Source: Hemiscyllium ocellatum
Lineage: Eukaryota
Length of the DNA stretch: 64,000 bases
Assembly: GCF_020745735.1 (NCBI RefSeq)
Contig: NC_083435.1
Span: forward strand, 10,943,201 to 11,007,200
Reading direction: 5' to 3'
Part shown: one piece after another, positions 13,507 through 26,674 of the stretch
How positions within the stretch are numbered: position 1 is the stretch's first letter
How the letters are laid out: every line of letters starts with the position of its first letter
The notes under the pieces: generated by a model
The model's database searches: none
Told to the model about the DNA's origin: nothing
What the model saw: the letters and a program-made list of their open reading frames with translations, nothing else
Translations under genes and position numbers: made by a program

Positions 13507-13869
13507 CTGCAACATTCAGGGTCACTGTGATATCACTATGCTTGTCATTGGACACAACGAAGCACTGATACTGTCCCCTATCGGAGACCCTGACATCTTT
13601 GAGCCTGAGAGAGAGATTCCCCTGTGTCACTTCATCGAGAAACATCTCAGTCCGGCCATTGTGGGTTGAGGGTTGAAACGTTAGGTCATCTGCTCTCCTA
13701 GTGTACATGTGGACAGGTGAGTTGTAGCCATATTCCATGTTGATCCAGCGGACTTCCATATTCTCTGGGGCTACAGCCATGATCAGCACACAATCCAGGA
13801 TGACATCGCCCCCAACAACCCCTATGATGGGGTCCAATGGTCCTGTCACCTGTAAATCTGCCGCAGTTT
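13507..13869 (-). CDS. IgV exon of a butyrophilin/B7-like receptor (gene B1)
   Basis: Acceptor ctgttccag|AA and donor GCAG|gtcagt; 363 nt, phase 1-1; ETAADLQVTGPLDPIIGVVGGDVILDC..MEVRW..GRTEMF..GNLSLRLKDVRVSDRGQYQCFV..TLNVA has V-set Cys, Trp and D-x-G-x-Y-x-C. Confidence 0.9.
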
Positions 13870-14154
13870 CTGGAACAGCCAGCAGAGAGAGAGAGAGCTA
13901 GAGAATGAGATTCATCAGTCTTCACAAAAGTCATTACAGTTATATCATGAATAATAAGATAGAGAGGGGGAGGCAGACAGACAGAGAGGAAGAAACAGAG
14001 AGACAAAGGAACAAAGAGAGAGTAAGGGAAGGGGAGAGGGAAACGTGGAGAGGCACCAGAGCGAGAGATAAACAGACAGAGAACTAAGAAAATAGTTCAC
14101 ATTTCCCACAGTACTGACCATCTGGCAATGCAGCATTTCCCCAGTACCAACCTG

Positions 14155-14900
14155 AACAACCAGCCTAGGTTACTTACAGAAATCCCTAGCATGGGCTTTG
14201 CCAAGATGAGTGCAACTCCACCAACACTTAAGAAGCTTGACATTATCCAGGATAAAGAGGTCCACTGGTTATTACCTCATCCAAGACATTTAATATTCAC
14301 TGACTGCATGAGCAGTGCACATTAGTGGGAACTTGTAGCTTCTACAAAATTCAATACTGCAACTCACCAAAGCACCTTTGACAGCACCTTCCAAAGCCAT
14401 GACGTCCACCATCCAGAAAGATAAGAGTAGCAGATACATCGGAATACACCACCACTTGCAAGTTCTCTTTCAAGCCACTCACTTTACTGCTTTGGAAATA
14501 TATTGCTATTCTTTCAATAATGGATCAAAAACCTGAAAGTCTCTCTCTTGGCACACCTTGGGCATTCCTACACCCTGTATGGGACTCGGTTAACTCTGTT
14601 GACTATACAGCTGGAATAACAGCAACAGTAGAGTTGAAAATCCCACCCTGGCTGAGGTTCCCATGAAAGTTCTTCCTTCTCAATCTCACCCCTCACCTAA
14701 GGCATAGTGAACCTCAGGTTAAACCATCACCATTCATCTCTCTAATGAGAGAGCAGCCCTATGGCCCTCTGGAACTATGGTAACTTTACTTACATCATAT
14801 AGTGGTTCAAGAAGGCAGCTCATCATCACCACTTCTCGACATCTAGAGATATTAAAAACACTGGCCTAGCCAGCGAAGCCAATATCTGATGAATGAATAA
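14155..14900 (+). mobile_element. CR1/L2-superfamily LINE 3' fragment with an inserted repeat tail
   Basis: KMSATPPTLKKLDIIQDK peptide, homologous to 51050-51265, and a GGCCTAGCCAGCGA..GAATGAATAAAA 3' tail. Confidence 0.65.
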
Positions 14901-15005
14901 AAAATCCTTGTCTTCCAACTCAGCATTTGTAAGCTACCACTTTTACCAGACAAAAAACATTAAAAACTAATATTAGTTATTATTTATTAAATGTTGTTCT
15001 CCTAC

Positions 15006-15045
15006 CATAGAAGATCCAAACAAGAATATGGAGCAGGAGAAACAT
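15006..15045 (-). CDS. Signal-peptide exon of gene B1 (coding part; exon 15006-15102)
   Basis: ATG at 15045 gives MFLLLHILVWIFY + G|gtagga (phase 1), joining in frame to the IgV exon as MFLLLHILVWIFYETAA-DLQVTGP; acceptor tatttcag at 15103. Confidence 0.75.
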
Positions 15046-15444
15046 TCCAGAAATTCAGAAATTCGATGTCAGCATATTCAGAAAATGATGGGTTGCAACT
15101 GCCTGAAATAATATTAGAGAGTTCACATTACACAAAAAAACACATGAAATGACACAACTGAGCATTCCAGTTTCAGTAAGTGAAGCATGCATGAATATAT
15201 ATTCACATGTACTGACAGATATCTAGATTCACAAACATTTACATTACAGTCTTGTCCAAAATTTCACATCATATTCTTTACTGTACTTATGCAATGATTT
15301 ATAAATCTCTACATCTTCCAGAATATTGACATGATAATTAGAAACATTTCAAAGGATGGACCAACTACCCATGGTTAATGAAAAATGTTCAAGGTTGCAT
15401 CAAACATAAAGAAAAAAAATCATAAAACATGTAAAGATGACATG

Positions 15445-18400
15445 GAGTCATATAGTCATTGAGATGTACAATATAGAAACAGACCCTTCTGTCCAACTCC
15501 CTGCTGACCAGATAGGCTAAATTAATCTAGACCTATTGGCCAGCACTTGGGCCCATATCCCTCCAAACCCTTCCGATTCATATACCCATCCATATGCCTT
15601 TTAAATGATGTAATTGTACTAGTCTCCACTACTTCCTCTTGCTGCTCATTCCATACATACACTACTCCTTGTGTGAAAAGATTGCCCCTTAGATCCCTTA
15701 TGATTTTTTCCCCCCTCACCCTAAACATATGCCTTCTCATTCTGGACTCCCCCACCCCAGGGAAAAGATCTTATCCATTTACCATATCTATGCCTCTCAT
15801 GATTTTATAACCCTCTATATGGTCACTCCTCAACCTCTGACCCTCCAGGGAAAACAGGTCCAGTCTATTCAGCCTCTCACTATAGCTCAAATCCTCCAAC
15901 CCTGGCAACATCCTTGTAAATCTTTTCTGAACCCTTTCAAGTTTCACAACATCTTTCTGATAAGAGGGAGACCAGAATTGCACACAATATTCCAAAAGTG
16001 GCCTAACCAATGACCTGTACAGCAGCAACATGACCTCCAAAATCTATACTCAATGCTCTGACCAATAAAGGAAAGCATAGCAAATGCTTTCATCACTAAC
16101 CTATTGACCTCCACTTCCAAGGATCTATGAACCTGCACTCCAAGATCTCTTTGTTTAGCAACACTCCCCAAGATCTTTCCATTAAGTGTATAAGTTCTGC
16201 TAAGATCTGCTTTCCCAAAGTGCAACACTTCACATTTATCTAAATTAACCTCCATCTGCCATTCCTCAACCCATTGGCCCATCTGATCAAGATCCCATTG
16301 TCCTCTGAGGTAACCTTCTTCACTGTCCACTACACCTTCAATTTTGGTGTCATCGGCAGTCCTCACTTTCTCCATGCATAGGAAATTGGCTGATGGCATA
16401 AATGGGTCTTTGTTTTTCATATTGACAGGCTCAACAAATAGTTAGGACAGGATTATAGAATGGTTATGATGTTGGAGTAGGTTTACCTCTGTTCCTTTCT
16501 TCCAACTGTGTTAATTTTATTTTCTCTTAAATATATTGAGACTATTCAGTAAGTTTCATATTCTCACCGCTCTCTGGCTGAGAAAGTTTCTGCTGAATTC
16601 CCCATTGGATTTATTAGTGACTGTCTTACATTTATCCAAGTTATCCACATAAATGATCACATCTCCACTACACCAATTCTGCCAAACTCCTTAATAACAA
16701 TGAATGCCTCCATTGAAAAAAACTCACATTTACATAGCACCTTTGATGACATCCCAAAGTATCTTATAATGAAGTATTTCTGAAGCATAATCAACGTTGC
16801 TATGTGGGAAAACAGCAATCCATCTGTGCATAGCAAGCTCCACAAACACCAACATGAATAGATCATCTAATTGTTGTGATGCTGAATGAGGGATTAATAT
16901 TGATCAAGACACATTCAGGTATTGCATCTCAGTAAGGCAAATCAGGGCAGGACTTATACAGTTAATGTTAAGGCCCTGGGGAATGTTGTCAAACAAGGAA
17001 ATGTCAGGATGTAGGTAAATATTTCCTTGAAAGTGGCATTACAGGCAGAGAAGGTGGTGAAAGCAGCATTTGGCATGTTTACCTTCATTGGTCTGAGCCT
17101 CTAGTACAGGAGTCCTATTCAGCCTCTCTAGTACAGGAGTTGGGATGTCATGTTGCAACTGTGCAAACGTTATTGAGGCCACATTTGCAAAATATTCTTG
17201 TCAACCAACTATAGCAAAGCTATTATTAAACTCGAAAGGGTACAAAAAGGTTTAAGAATGCTACCGAGACTGGATAGTTTGAGTTATAAGGAGAGGCTGG
17301 ATAAACTGGAACTCGTTTTCCCCTTGGGGCATAGGAGCTGACAGCTGATCTTATTGAAGTTTATAAAATCATGAGAGGCACAGGCAAGGTGAATACCCAA
17401 GGTATTTTCCCGGGAGTAGGGGAGTGGAAAAGTAGAGGACATAGTTTTAAGGTGAGAGGGCAAAGATTTGAAAGGGAGCGAAAGAGCAACTTTTTTCCAC
17501 AGAGGGTGCTATATGGGACGAGCTGTCAGAGAAAATTCGAGAAGCGAGTACAAAGTCATTTGGGTCGGCAATGAGTGGAGGAGTACGGGCCAAATGGACT
17601 AGTTCAGTTGGGCCGAAGGATCTGCATCGTTGGTGCTTAACTCTATGGCCGAGAATAACTCCCCTGCTCTTCAACATACTTCACCTAACACCACGGGCAG
17701 TTTAGCATGGCTAATTCACCTGGCCTGCAGATCTTGTAGATGAAGCCTGAGCAAACCCACGCAGACACGGGGAGAATGTGCAAACTCCGTACAGACAGTA
17801 CCCGTGGGGAATTGAACCTGGGTCTCTGGTGCTATCAGGCAGCAGTGCTCACCGCTGAGCCACCTTGCCATCCATCTTTAAAGTTCTTTAAATGTAGAGA
17901 GGCGTTTTAATCTCTAATTCCACTCCAAGCAGTGAGTTCAAGTTTCCCTCAACCCCAACCCCCTCCCAGATCCCATGGATTTCCTGCACATATTCAAGTT
18001 CCTGTAATGTTCTCCCTCAGTGCTCCAATGAAAACACCTCCAATGTCTCTTCACAACTGAACTCTCCAGTCCAGGCAGCATCCTGGTGAATCTCCTCCGC
18101 ACCTTCTCCTGTACAATCACTTCCTACCTATAATGTGGATTCCAGAACCAACCACAACACTCCAGTTGTAGTCTAACCAGTGTTTTATACAGTTCCAGCA
18201 CAACACCCTTGCTCTTAAACTCAATGTCTCAACGAATCAATGCAAGTACATATATGCCTTCTTTCCCACTTTATTCACCTGTTCTGTTTGCTTAAGGCAC
18301 TGATGGACATATATACCAACATCTTTCTGATCCTTGGAGCTTCCCAAAGTCATAGAGATGTACAGCACGGAATCAGACCCTTCCGTCCAACTTGTCCACG

Positions 18401-19735
18401 CTGAACAGATATCCTAAATAAATCTAGGCCCATTTGCCAACGCTTGGCCCATTTTCCTCTAAATCCTTCCCATTCAAATGCCTTTAAATGTTGTAATTGT
18501 ATCAGCCCCCACCATTTGCTCGGCAGCTCACTCCATATATGCATCACCCTCTGTGTGAAACAAATTTCCCTTAGGTCCCTGATAAATTTTTCCCCTCTCA
18601 CCCTAAACTGATGCCCTTTAGTTTTGGACTCCTCCACCCCAGGAAAATACCTTGTCTATTTACCCTATCCATGCCCTCATGATTTTATAAACATCTATAA
18701 GGTCATTCCTCAGCCTCCGACCCTCCAGAGAAAACAACCCCAGCCTCTAACTCTAGCTCAAATGTTTTAATCCTGGCAACATCCTTGTAACTCTTTTCTG
18801 AACCCTTTCAAGTTCCATAACATTGTTCTGATAGGAGGGAGAGTAGAATTGCATATAATGTTCCAAATGTGGCCTCACCAATGTTCTGTACAGCAGCAAC
18901 ATGACCTCCCAACTCCTATACTCAATATTTTTACTGGTAAAGGAAAATATACCAAATGCCTTCTTCATTATTCTATCTACCTGCAAAGTCCTACCATTCA
19001 TCATGTACTCCCTTACATTGTTTGTCCTGCCCAAGTGCATTGCCTCACATTTATCTGGATTGTAGCCAAAAGAACTGTGGGTGCTGTAAATCAGAAACAG
19101 AAACAGATGTTACTGGAAAAGCTCAACACATCTGGCAGCATCTGCAAAGAGAAATCAGAGTTTGTAGCTCTGAGGAAGGGTCACCAAAACCAAAACATTA
19201 ATTCTGATTTATCCACAGATGTTGCTAGACCTGCTTAGTTTTTCCAGCAACTAGTGTTTGTGTTTTATCTGAAATGAATTCAATTTGCCACTGATCTGTC
19301 CATATCCTCTTTACTCTAAGGCTATCTTCCTCACTATTTACCATCTATCATCTTTTGTATTGTCTGAAAACTTAATCAACCGTTCTGCATTCAAGTCTAA
19401 CTCACTTATACAAATCTCAAAGTGTAAGGGCCCCAACACTAACAGATGTGGGACCCAACAGACACTGACTTCCAATTGGAAAAACAACCTTCAACTGTCC
19501 CTCTCTGCTTCCTGGCACTTAGCTAACTATGGATTCACTTAGCAGAATTTCTCTGGAACCACAGGCTCTTACTGTCATTCTCAGTCTCCCATGTGGGGCC
19601 TTTTCAAAAGCCTTGCTGAAATCCAAGTAGACTAGCTGCAAAGCATTGTCCTCATCTATACACCTGATTGTCACTTCAGAAAGTCCAATCAAGTTGGTCA
19701 GGCATGACCCTCCACTTGACAAAACGATGCTGACT
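15445..19735. mobile_element. Cluster of CR1 3' fragments on both strands (about 15445-16345 -, 16910-17640 +, 17900-19050 -, 19260-19735 -) with SINE pieces
   Basis: Repeated [34 protein letters not shown] and YLDFSKAFEKAPH peptides. Confidence 0.85.
16720..16910 (-). mobile_element. Deu-domain SINE 3' fragment
   Basis: Resembles the reverse complement of the DeuSINE/SacSINE 3' region as recalled; decayed. Confidence 0.45.
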
Positions 19736-19744
19736 ATTTTTAAG

Positions 19745-20070
19745 AATTAGGAATAGGCCCATCTGCCCAACAAGTCCACACTGACCGCCCCAGGAGTAAC
19801 CCAGCCAGACCCATTCCCCTACCCTCTATTTAACCCTGACTAATGCACCTAGCCTACACAGGCCTGAACATAATGGGCAATTTAGCATTGCCAATTCACC
19901 TAACCTGCACATGTTTGGGTTGTGGGAGGAATCCAGAGCATCCAGAGGAAACACACACAGACTCAGAGAGAATGTGCACCTCCACACGCACAGTTGCCCA
20001 AGGCTGGAATTGACCCCAGGTCCCTGGTGCTGTGAGACAGCAGTGCTAACCACTGACCCACTATGCCACC
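19745..20070 (-). mobile_element. tRNA-derived V-SINE (HE1-like), diverged
   Basis: Aligns by eye to 5779-6098. Confidence 0.85.
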
Positions 20071-20148
20071 CTTGATTAATGGCTGCCTCACAGAATGCAG
20101 GTTAATTTGATCTCTCAGAATTGCTTCTAATCAATTTTCCACCAATGA

Positions 20149-20309
20149 GTTAAAAATCACACAACTCCAAGTTATAGTCCAACAGGTTTATTTGGGAGTA
20201 GTAGATTTCAGAGCATTGTTCCTTTATCAGGTGAAGAAGCAGCGCTCTGAAAGCTGGTGTTTCTAAATAAACCTGTTGGACTATAACCTGATGATGTGTG
20301 ATTTTTAAC
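20149..20309. repeat. Palindromic Penelope-derived mini-element (about 160-bp hairpin)
   Basis: GTTAAAAATCACAC..GTTATAGTCCAACAGGTTTATTT on the left is mirrored by AAATAAACCTGTTGGACTATAAC..GTGTGATTTTTAAC on the right. Confidence 0.75.
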
Positions 20310-21429
20310 TTTGAGAAGGTGAGGACTGCAGATGCCGGAGATTAGAGTCGCGAGTGTGGTGCTGGAAAAACACAGCAGGTCAGGCAGCATCCGAGGAGCA
20401 GGAGAATCGATGGTTCGGGCATACGTTCTTCAGCATGATTCTTTAATTTTGTCCATGCCAGTCCAACACCAGCACCTCGAAGTCATGCCCACCACTGAGG
20501 TTAGACTAACCTCATAGCCAATGAGGTGCCTTTTCAAGGATGCTATAATGAGACAATGTAGCAAACACTAAACTTAGTTATTGAAATGGACCATCCTCCC
20601 CAACAGTGCCCACCTTGTTAACTATTTTCAGCCCTGTGCCATGGCTTCTTGTCACACTATCTTTACTCTTTAAAAGACTGAACTTCAAAAATTTGAGTTC
20701 TGAGGAAGGATCACTGGCCAGAAATGTTAAATCTGATTTCTCTCCACAGATGCTGCCAGCTCCGCTGAGATTTTCCAGCAATTCCTGTTATTGTTTCAAA
20801 GACATTCTTCTCTTCCTCACATCAGGCTGTCAGAGGATAAAACTAAATTGATGTCTGGCACCTGGTTGGATGATCTCAACTTGCCTTTATATAGCACCTT
20901 TAAGATTGTTGCTTTGCAGGAGCAAAAACCAAACAATTGCCACCAACGTCCAAAGGATAATGATTAGAGTTTGGAACAAGGAAGAAGGTTTAAAAAGTAT
21001 CTCAGTGTAGGAGAGATGAAGAGATTTAACAGGAAAGAGAAGAAAGGCTTGCATTAATAAAGTACCTTCCAGGACCACCCAATATTCTGGTAAAACATTG
21101 CTGTGCATATTCCAGAATCTGCACATTCTTTGGGTAATGTGATGACCAGAATTCCATGTGGTCTTAGTAAACTTCTATACAGCTACAACATGACTTGCCA
21201 ATTTTTAATACTCTGTCACTCGACTGATGAAGGCAAGTGTGGCATCTACTTGCTCTATCACTTGTATTGCCACTTTCAGGGAACTGTGGAACTTTATGCC
21301 ATCTTCACATACTTCTAAGAATATTGCCATTTACTGTATTCTTCTCTTCTGCATGAGACCTTCCAAACTGCAGCTCTTGACATTTGCCTGGATTAAATTC
21401 CATCTGCCATTTCTCCATCTAGACTATCA

Positions 21430-22890
21430 ACAGTAGTGATCTTACAGGTATAACTGGAGTCAGGGAGGGTCCCAGAGGATTGGAAAATCGTTAATATAAC
21501 ATCCCTGTTTAAGAAGGGAGCAATGCAAAAGATAGGAAATTACAGGCCTATTTGCCTGACCTGCGTCATTGGTAAGATTTTGCAGTCCCAATGCGAAGGA
21601 TGGGATTTCTGGATATTTAGAAGTGCATGGTAAAATAGGACAAAGTCAGAATGGTTTCATCAAACCAAGGTCATGCTTAACAATTCTGAAAGAAATCTTC
21701 GAGCGTGTAATGAGCAGGTTAGACCAAGGAGAGTCAATGGATGTTACTTACCTGGACTCCAGAAGACCTTTGATAAGGTGCTGCACAGGAGGTTGCTGAA
21801 CAAGATAAGGGCCCATGATGTGTAAGGCCAGGTCCTTACATGGATAGAAGCTTGCCTGTCAGGTAAAAGGCAGAGAGTGGGGATAAAATGGTCCTTCTTA
21901 GGACGGAAGCCAGTGGCTAGTGGTGTTCCACAAGGGTTGGTTTTGGGAACAAAACTTTTCTCTTTATACATTAATGATTTGGATGAAGGAACTGAGGGCA
22001 TTATGGCTAAGTTTGCAGATAATACAAAGATAGATAGAGGGACAGCTAACATTAAGAAGGCAAGGAGGCTGGAGAAAGATTTAGACAAGTCAGGAGAGTG
22101 GGCAAGGAAGTGGCATTTGAAATACAAAGTGGGGAAGTGTGAGGTCATGCACTTTGGTAGGAACAAAAGAGGCATGGACTATTTTTGAAATGGGGAGAAA
22201 ATTCAGGAGTTTGATTTGCAAAAGGACTTGGGAGCTCGAGTCCAAGCTTCTTTCAAGATAAACATGCAGGAGAGTCGGTAGCTCGGAAGGCAAATACAAT
22301 GTTGTCATTCACCTCGAGAGGACGAGAATAAAAAAGCAGGGATCTAGTGCTGAGCCTTTATAAAGCTCTAGTCAGATCACATTTAGAGTACTATGAGCAA
22401 TTTTGGGCCCCATACCATACTGGGCCTGGAGTGGATCAGAGGAGATTCACGAGTCTAGTCCCAGGAATGGAAGTCTTTACACATGAGGAACTTTTGAAGA
22501 CTCTAGGAATTATATTTGATGGAATTTAGAAGGATGAGGAGGGATCTGATTGAAACTTTTAGGATACTGAACAGCCTGGACAGAGTGGATATTGGGAAGA
22601 TGTTTCCATTGGCAGGAGAGGAGGACTGAGGGCGCAGCCTTAGAGGAAAGGCAACACCCTTAGAACGGAGATAAGGAGATAAGGAGAAACTCATCAGAGA
22701 GTGGTGAATCTGTGGAATTCATTACCACAGAAAAAGGCCGTGGAGGCCAGATCATTGAGTATATTTAAAACAGAGGTAGATAAATTATTGATTGCCTAGG
22801 GCTCAATATTATGGGGAGAAAGGTGGAAATCGGTTTGAAACCTGATGGGCGAATGGCCTAAGTTCTGCTTGAATATCTTATGATCTCATG
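21430..22890 (+). mobile_element. CR1 LINE RT and 3' end
   Basis: ORF 21877-22188 [27 protein letters not shown]. Confidence 0.9.
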
Positions 22891-23414
22891 GTATTATATC
22901 TAAATATTCCCAGAGATACAACAATAGCTGCCATTGTCAGAGAAGCAACACATTACAAAGTGGCATTGCTATGTTCATTCAGTGGACAAGACAGTGGCAA
23001 ATTAATTCTAATATTGGCCACAATCAGGTCTTCCAAGAATAAAATAGAGCGAGGCATGTACTAAATGGTGCAAAAAGAGATTTAAATATCAAAGAGAATT
23101 GAAATGAAAGAATGAAACAGAACTTAATCCCCTAACAGAAAGTTGATCTTCACATCCAGAGACCTGGAATTCTGTCCATTATCACTTTGCGATTTGCACC
23201 AGAGCCATGTCAATCAGAGAAAGGGTGGGAAGAAATCAGACATGGGCCAATGGATTGAAAAGGACAGCTGTCACTCAGTGATTATGAGGCGGGATATGTG
23301 GGGGTAAGTGAATCGATTGGTTGAGACTTCTGTCATTCAGACAGTAGGAGGCAGATTTCTGAGGAGATTTGAGAGGAGGAATGAAACGGAAAAGAAACAC
23401 AAAGAATGTTAGAC

Positions 23415-24480
23415 CATAATTCCATAAGACATAGGAGTGGAAGCAAGGCCATTAGGCCCATCGTGTCCACTCTGCCATTTCATCATGGCTGATAGGCATT
23501 TCAATTCCACTTACCCGCACTCTCCCCGTAGCCCCTAATTCCTTGCGAGATCAAGAATTTATCAATCTCTGCATTGAAGACACTCAATGTCCTGGCCTCC
23601 ACTGTGCTCTGCGGCAATGAATTCCACAGGCCCATCACTCTCTGGCTGAAGAAGTGTCTCCTCATTCCGTTCTAAATTGACTCCCTCTAATTTTAGCTGA
23701 AAATGTGTTGCTGGTTAAAGCGCAGCAGGTCAGGCAGCATCCAAGGAACAGGAAATTCGACGTTTCCGGCTAAAGCCTAAGGTTGTGCCTACAGATCCTA
23801 ATCTCCCGCATAACGGAAACAACTTCCCAGGGTCCACCCTTTCTATACCACATATAATCGTGTAAGTTTCTGTTAGATCTCCCCACTACCTTCTAAACTC
23901 TAATGAGTACAATTCCAGGCTCCTCAGCTGTTCATTACATGTTAGGCCCACCATTCCATGGAGCATTCGTGTGGGTCTCCGCTGGACACACTCCAGTGTC
24001 AGTATGTTCTTCCTGAGGTGCGGAGCCCAAATTGGACACAGTATTCTAAATGGGGCCTAACCAGAGCTCTGTACAGTCTCAGAAGCACATCGCTGCTTTT
24101 ATATTCCAACCCTCTTGGAAAAAATGACAACATTACATTTGCTTTCTTAATCACAGACTCAACCTGCAAATCAACCTTTAGAGAATCCAGAACCAGTACT
24201 CCCAGATCCCTTTGTACTTTGGCTGTATGAATTATCTCACTATTTAAAAAATTGCCTGTGTCTGTATTCTTTTTTCCAAAGTGCAAGACTTCACGCTTGC
24301 TCGCGTTGAATTTCATCAGCTATTTCCTGGACCACTCTCCGTTACTGTGTAAATCTTTCTGCAGCCTTCTCACCTCCTCAGTATTACCTGCCTGTCTGCC
24401 TAACTTAGTATCATCAGCGAACTTTGCCAGAATGCTCCCGGTCCCTTCATCCAGATCATTAATATATAAAGTGAACAGCT
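23415..24480 (-). mobile_element. CR1 LINE 3' part with a short element inserted at about 23697-23776
   Basis: MKFNASKREVLHFG..LYRALVRPHLEYCVQF; CATAAGACATAGG tail at about 23421. Confidence 0.88.
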
Positions 24481-24597
24481 GCTTGTCACCAGCTGCCATT
24501 ACAAAAAAGAACCTTTTATCCTAACTCTCTGCCTTTTGTCAGAATGTTGGAAAAACTGAACAGGTCTGGCAGCATCTCTGGAGAGAGAAACAGAATT

Positions 24598-24950
24598 CAC
24601 AGCTATCCCTAGTAGCCATACACTCAGACAACCAGCAACAATTCAACTGGGAAAACACTACAAGCCAGACAGAGAACAGCCAGGGAATTCCTAGAAGCAT
24701 GGAATTCATCCACAAACTCCATCAACAGACACGTCGACCTGGACCCCATATACAAACCACTACAACGGACAGCTGAAACTGACACCCGGAAGCGGCAAGA
24801 ACAAACCACTATAAATACCGGAAGAAACATCAAAGCAGCGCTTCACAGGAGGCTCCAACGAACACACTGATGATGTCCCCTAGCCAGGGGACGAAACGTT
24901 TGCAGCAAAAACTTCCAGCTCGGCGAACAGAACCACAACAGAATTCACAC
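24598..24950 (+). mobile_element. Penelope-like element 3' end
   Basis: Aligns to 4620-5280; hammerhead motif at 24864-24903. Confidence 0.85.
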
Positions 24951-26559
24951 ATCGAGTCGATGTCAGCTCTCTGGGGAACCCTGAAAGAACTGCGGATGCT
25001 GGAAATCAGAACCCAAATCAGAAGTTGCTGGAAGAGCTCAACAGGTCTGGGCAGCATCTGTGGAGAGAATCAGATTGAATGTTTCCAATCCGGTGATCCT
25101 TCCTCAGAACCCCTCAGCAATCCGTCCCCTGGGGACACATCTTTGTTCAATTTTGACAACTCTTCTCTCCAATGGTCAGCCTGAGAAGGGTGGAAGAAGG
25201 GGATATTGGGAAGGGGAGGATTCATCATCACCATATGTAAAACTGGATGATTCAGGAGTGAGATTCTGATGTTTGCTTTATCACAAACAGATGTTAAAGA
25301 CAATGTGGGATTTTTATTTTCCCCTGAGACATGATGGATTTACAGGCAAGATCAGGGAAGGTGGAGCGGAAACGGGTGAAATGATTTGTGATTCTCCATA
25401 ATCCAATGAAACGGCAGCAGAGATTTCCAGCCCAGAGGGCCCAATCCTGTTCCTGTAAATGTGAAAGCAAATCTGCCTCTGTCTGAAGAGGAGACTTCAG
25501 ATCCCGTTGTGAGGAGATGCAGGGAAGGTCCCCCTGTTCCTGATCAGCATTCTTCACACAACAATCAGGACCAGCAAACAAAAAAGACCTTCCGAAGAAG
25601 TGCCACTGGGCCCAGAACGTTAACTTTGCTTTCTCTCCATGGATGATGCCAGACCAGCTGAGCTTTTCCAGCAACTTCTGTTTTTGTTTCTGATTAGCAG
25701 TTTTTCGGATTTTAAATTACGTAACAAATCGATGAATTTAACTGTGAAGTTAAAATGTATTAAACAAAGTAGCTTCTTAAAGCTTGTATTTTTATTGTGC
25801 CTTCCAAGAATGAGAATAATTCGAGTGGAAAATGCCCATTCGGCGATTGTCAGTGCTTTGTTGGTGCCAGAAAACACATCATATAAATTATAATTCAGCA
25901 CATACAGGGACAATATTAACAAGGTCACAGATAGACAGTGTTTGATTCATGCTTTTGATAAAACAGATGATTACATGGTGGTGATTGAAGGATTATTTCA
26001 CTGATAGACACAATGAAGACAGCCAATAAATCAGGCAATTAATGAAAACTGTAACCACAGTTACTTTCCAGTGTGCACCAACTTAACTGTATTTAAAATG
26101 GTTCAATATCTGATCATGACGTCCAAAATCAGTTCACCCCCCACTTTCAAATCTGAAATGGTTTGCAAATCAATATTTCCAGCAATTTCACCCCATGTGG
26201 ATATTCAAATACTTCTCAGACATATTCTGACTCTAATTTTAAATAGGCTCCCACAGACAGAGGAGATTCCTTTCCTCCATTTGATGACAGAGTAGTGACA
26301 TGCTGGACAATATTTACAGGCCTGAGCAAAACAAGTTGCTTCTCAGTGTCATTGTGTCGCATGTGTAATATACATTACGGCAACATGGTGAGAGTCTGAA
26401 CAAAATCAATATGACATTTCTGTTATGCTTCCAAGAAACAAAACAAATTAACAAAAAAAACAATTTAATGACCCAGGCAGCATGAGAACAACCCTCCTTC
26501 TTTCTCCCAGCCCTACACAGCTCCTTGCTGATCTTTCAGTTCCCAGTTCTGATACAGGG

Positions 26560-26565
26560 TTTATT
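26560..26565 (-). other. Candidate polyadenylation signal of TRIM gene T1
   Basis: AATAAA on the minus strand about 110 nt after the T1 stop codon. Confidence 0.5.
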
Positions 26566-26674
26566 TCCAGAATGTTAACCTGGCTTCTCTCTCCACCTGT
26601 GACTGAGACCGACCCCCATCAGTTTACAGCTGGCAGGAGGCAGGGGGACGGGGTGGAATTATGGGATGGATCTG

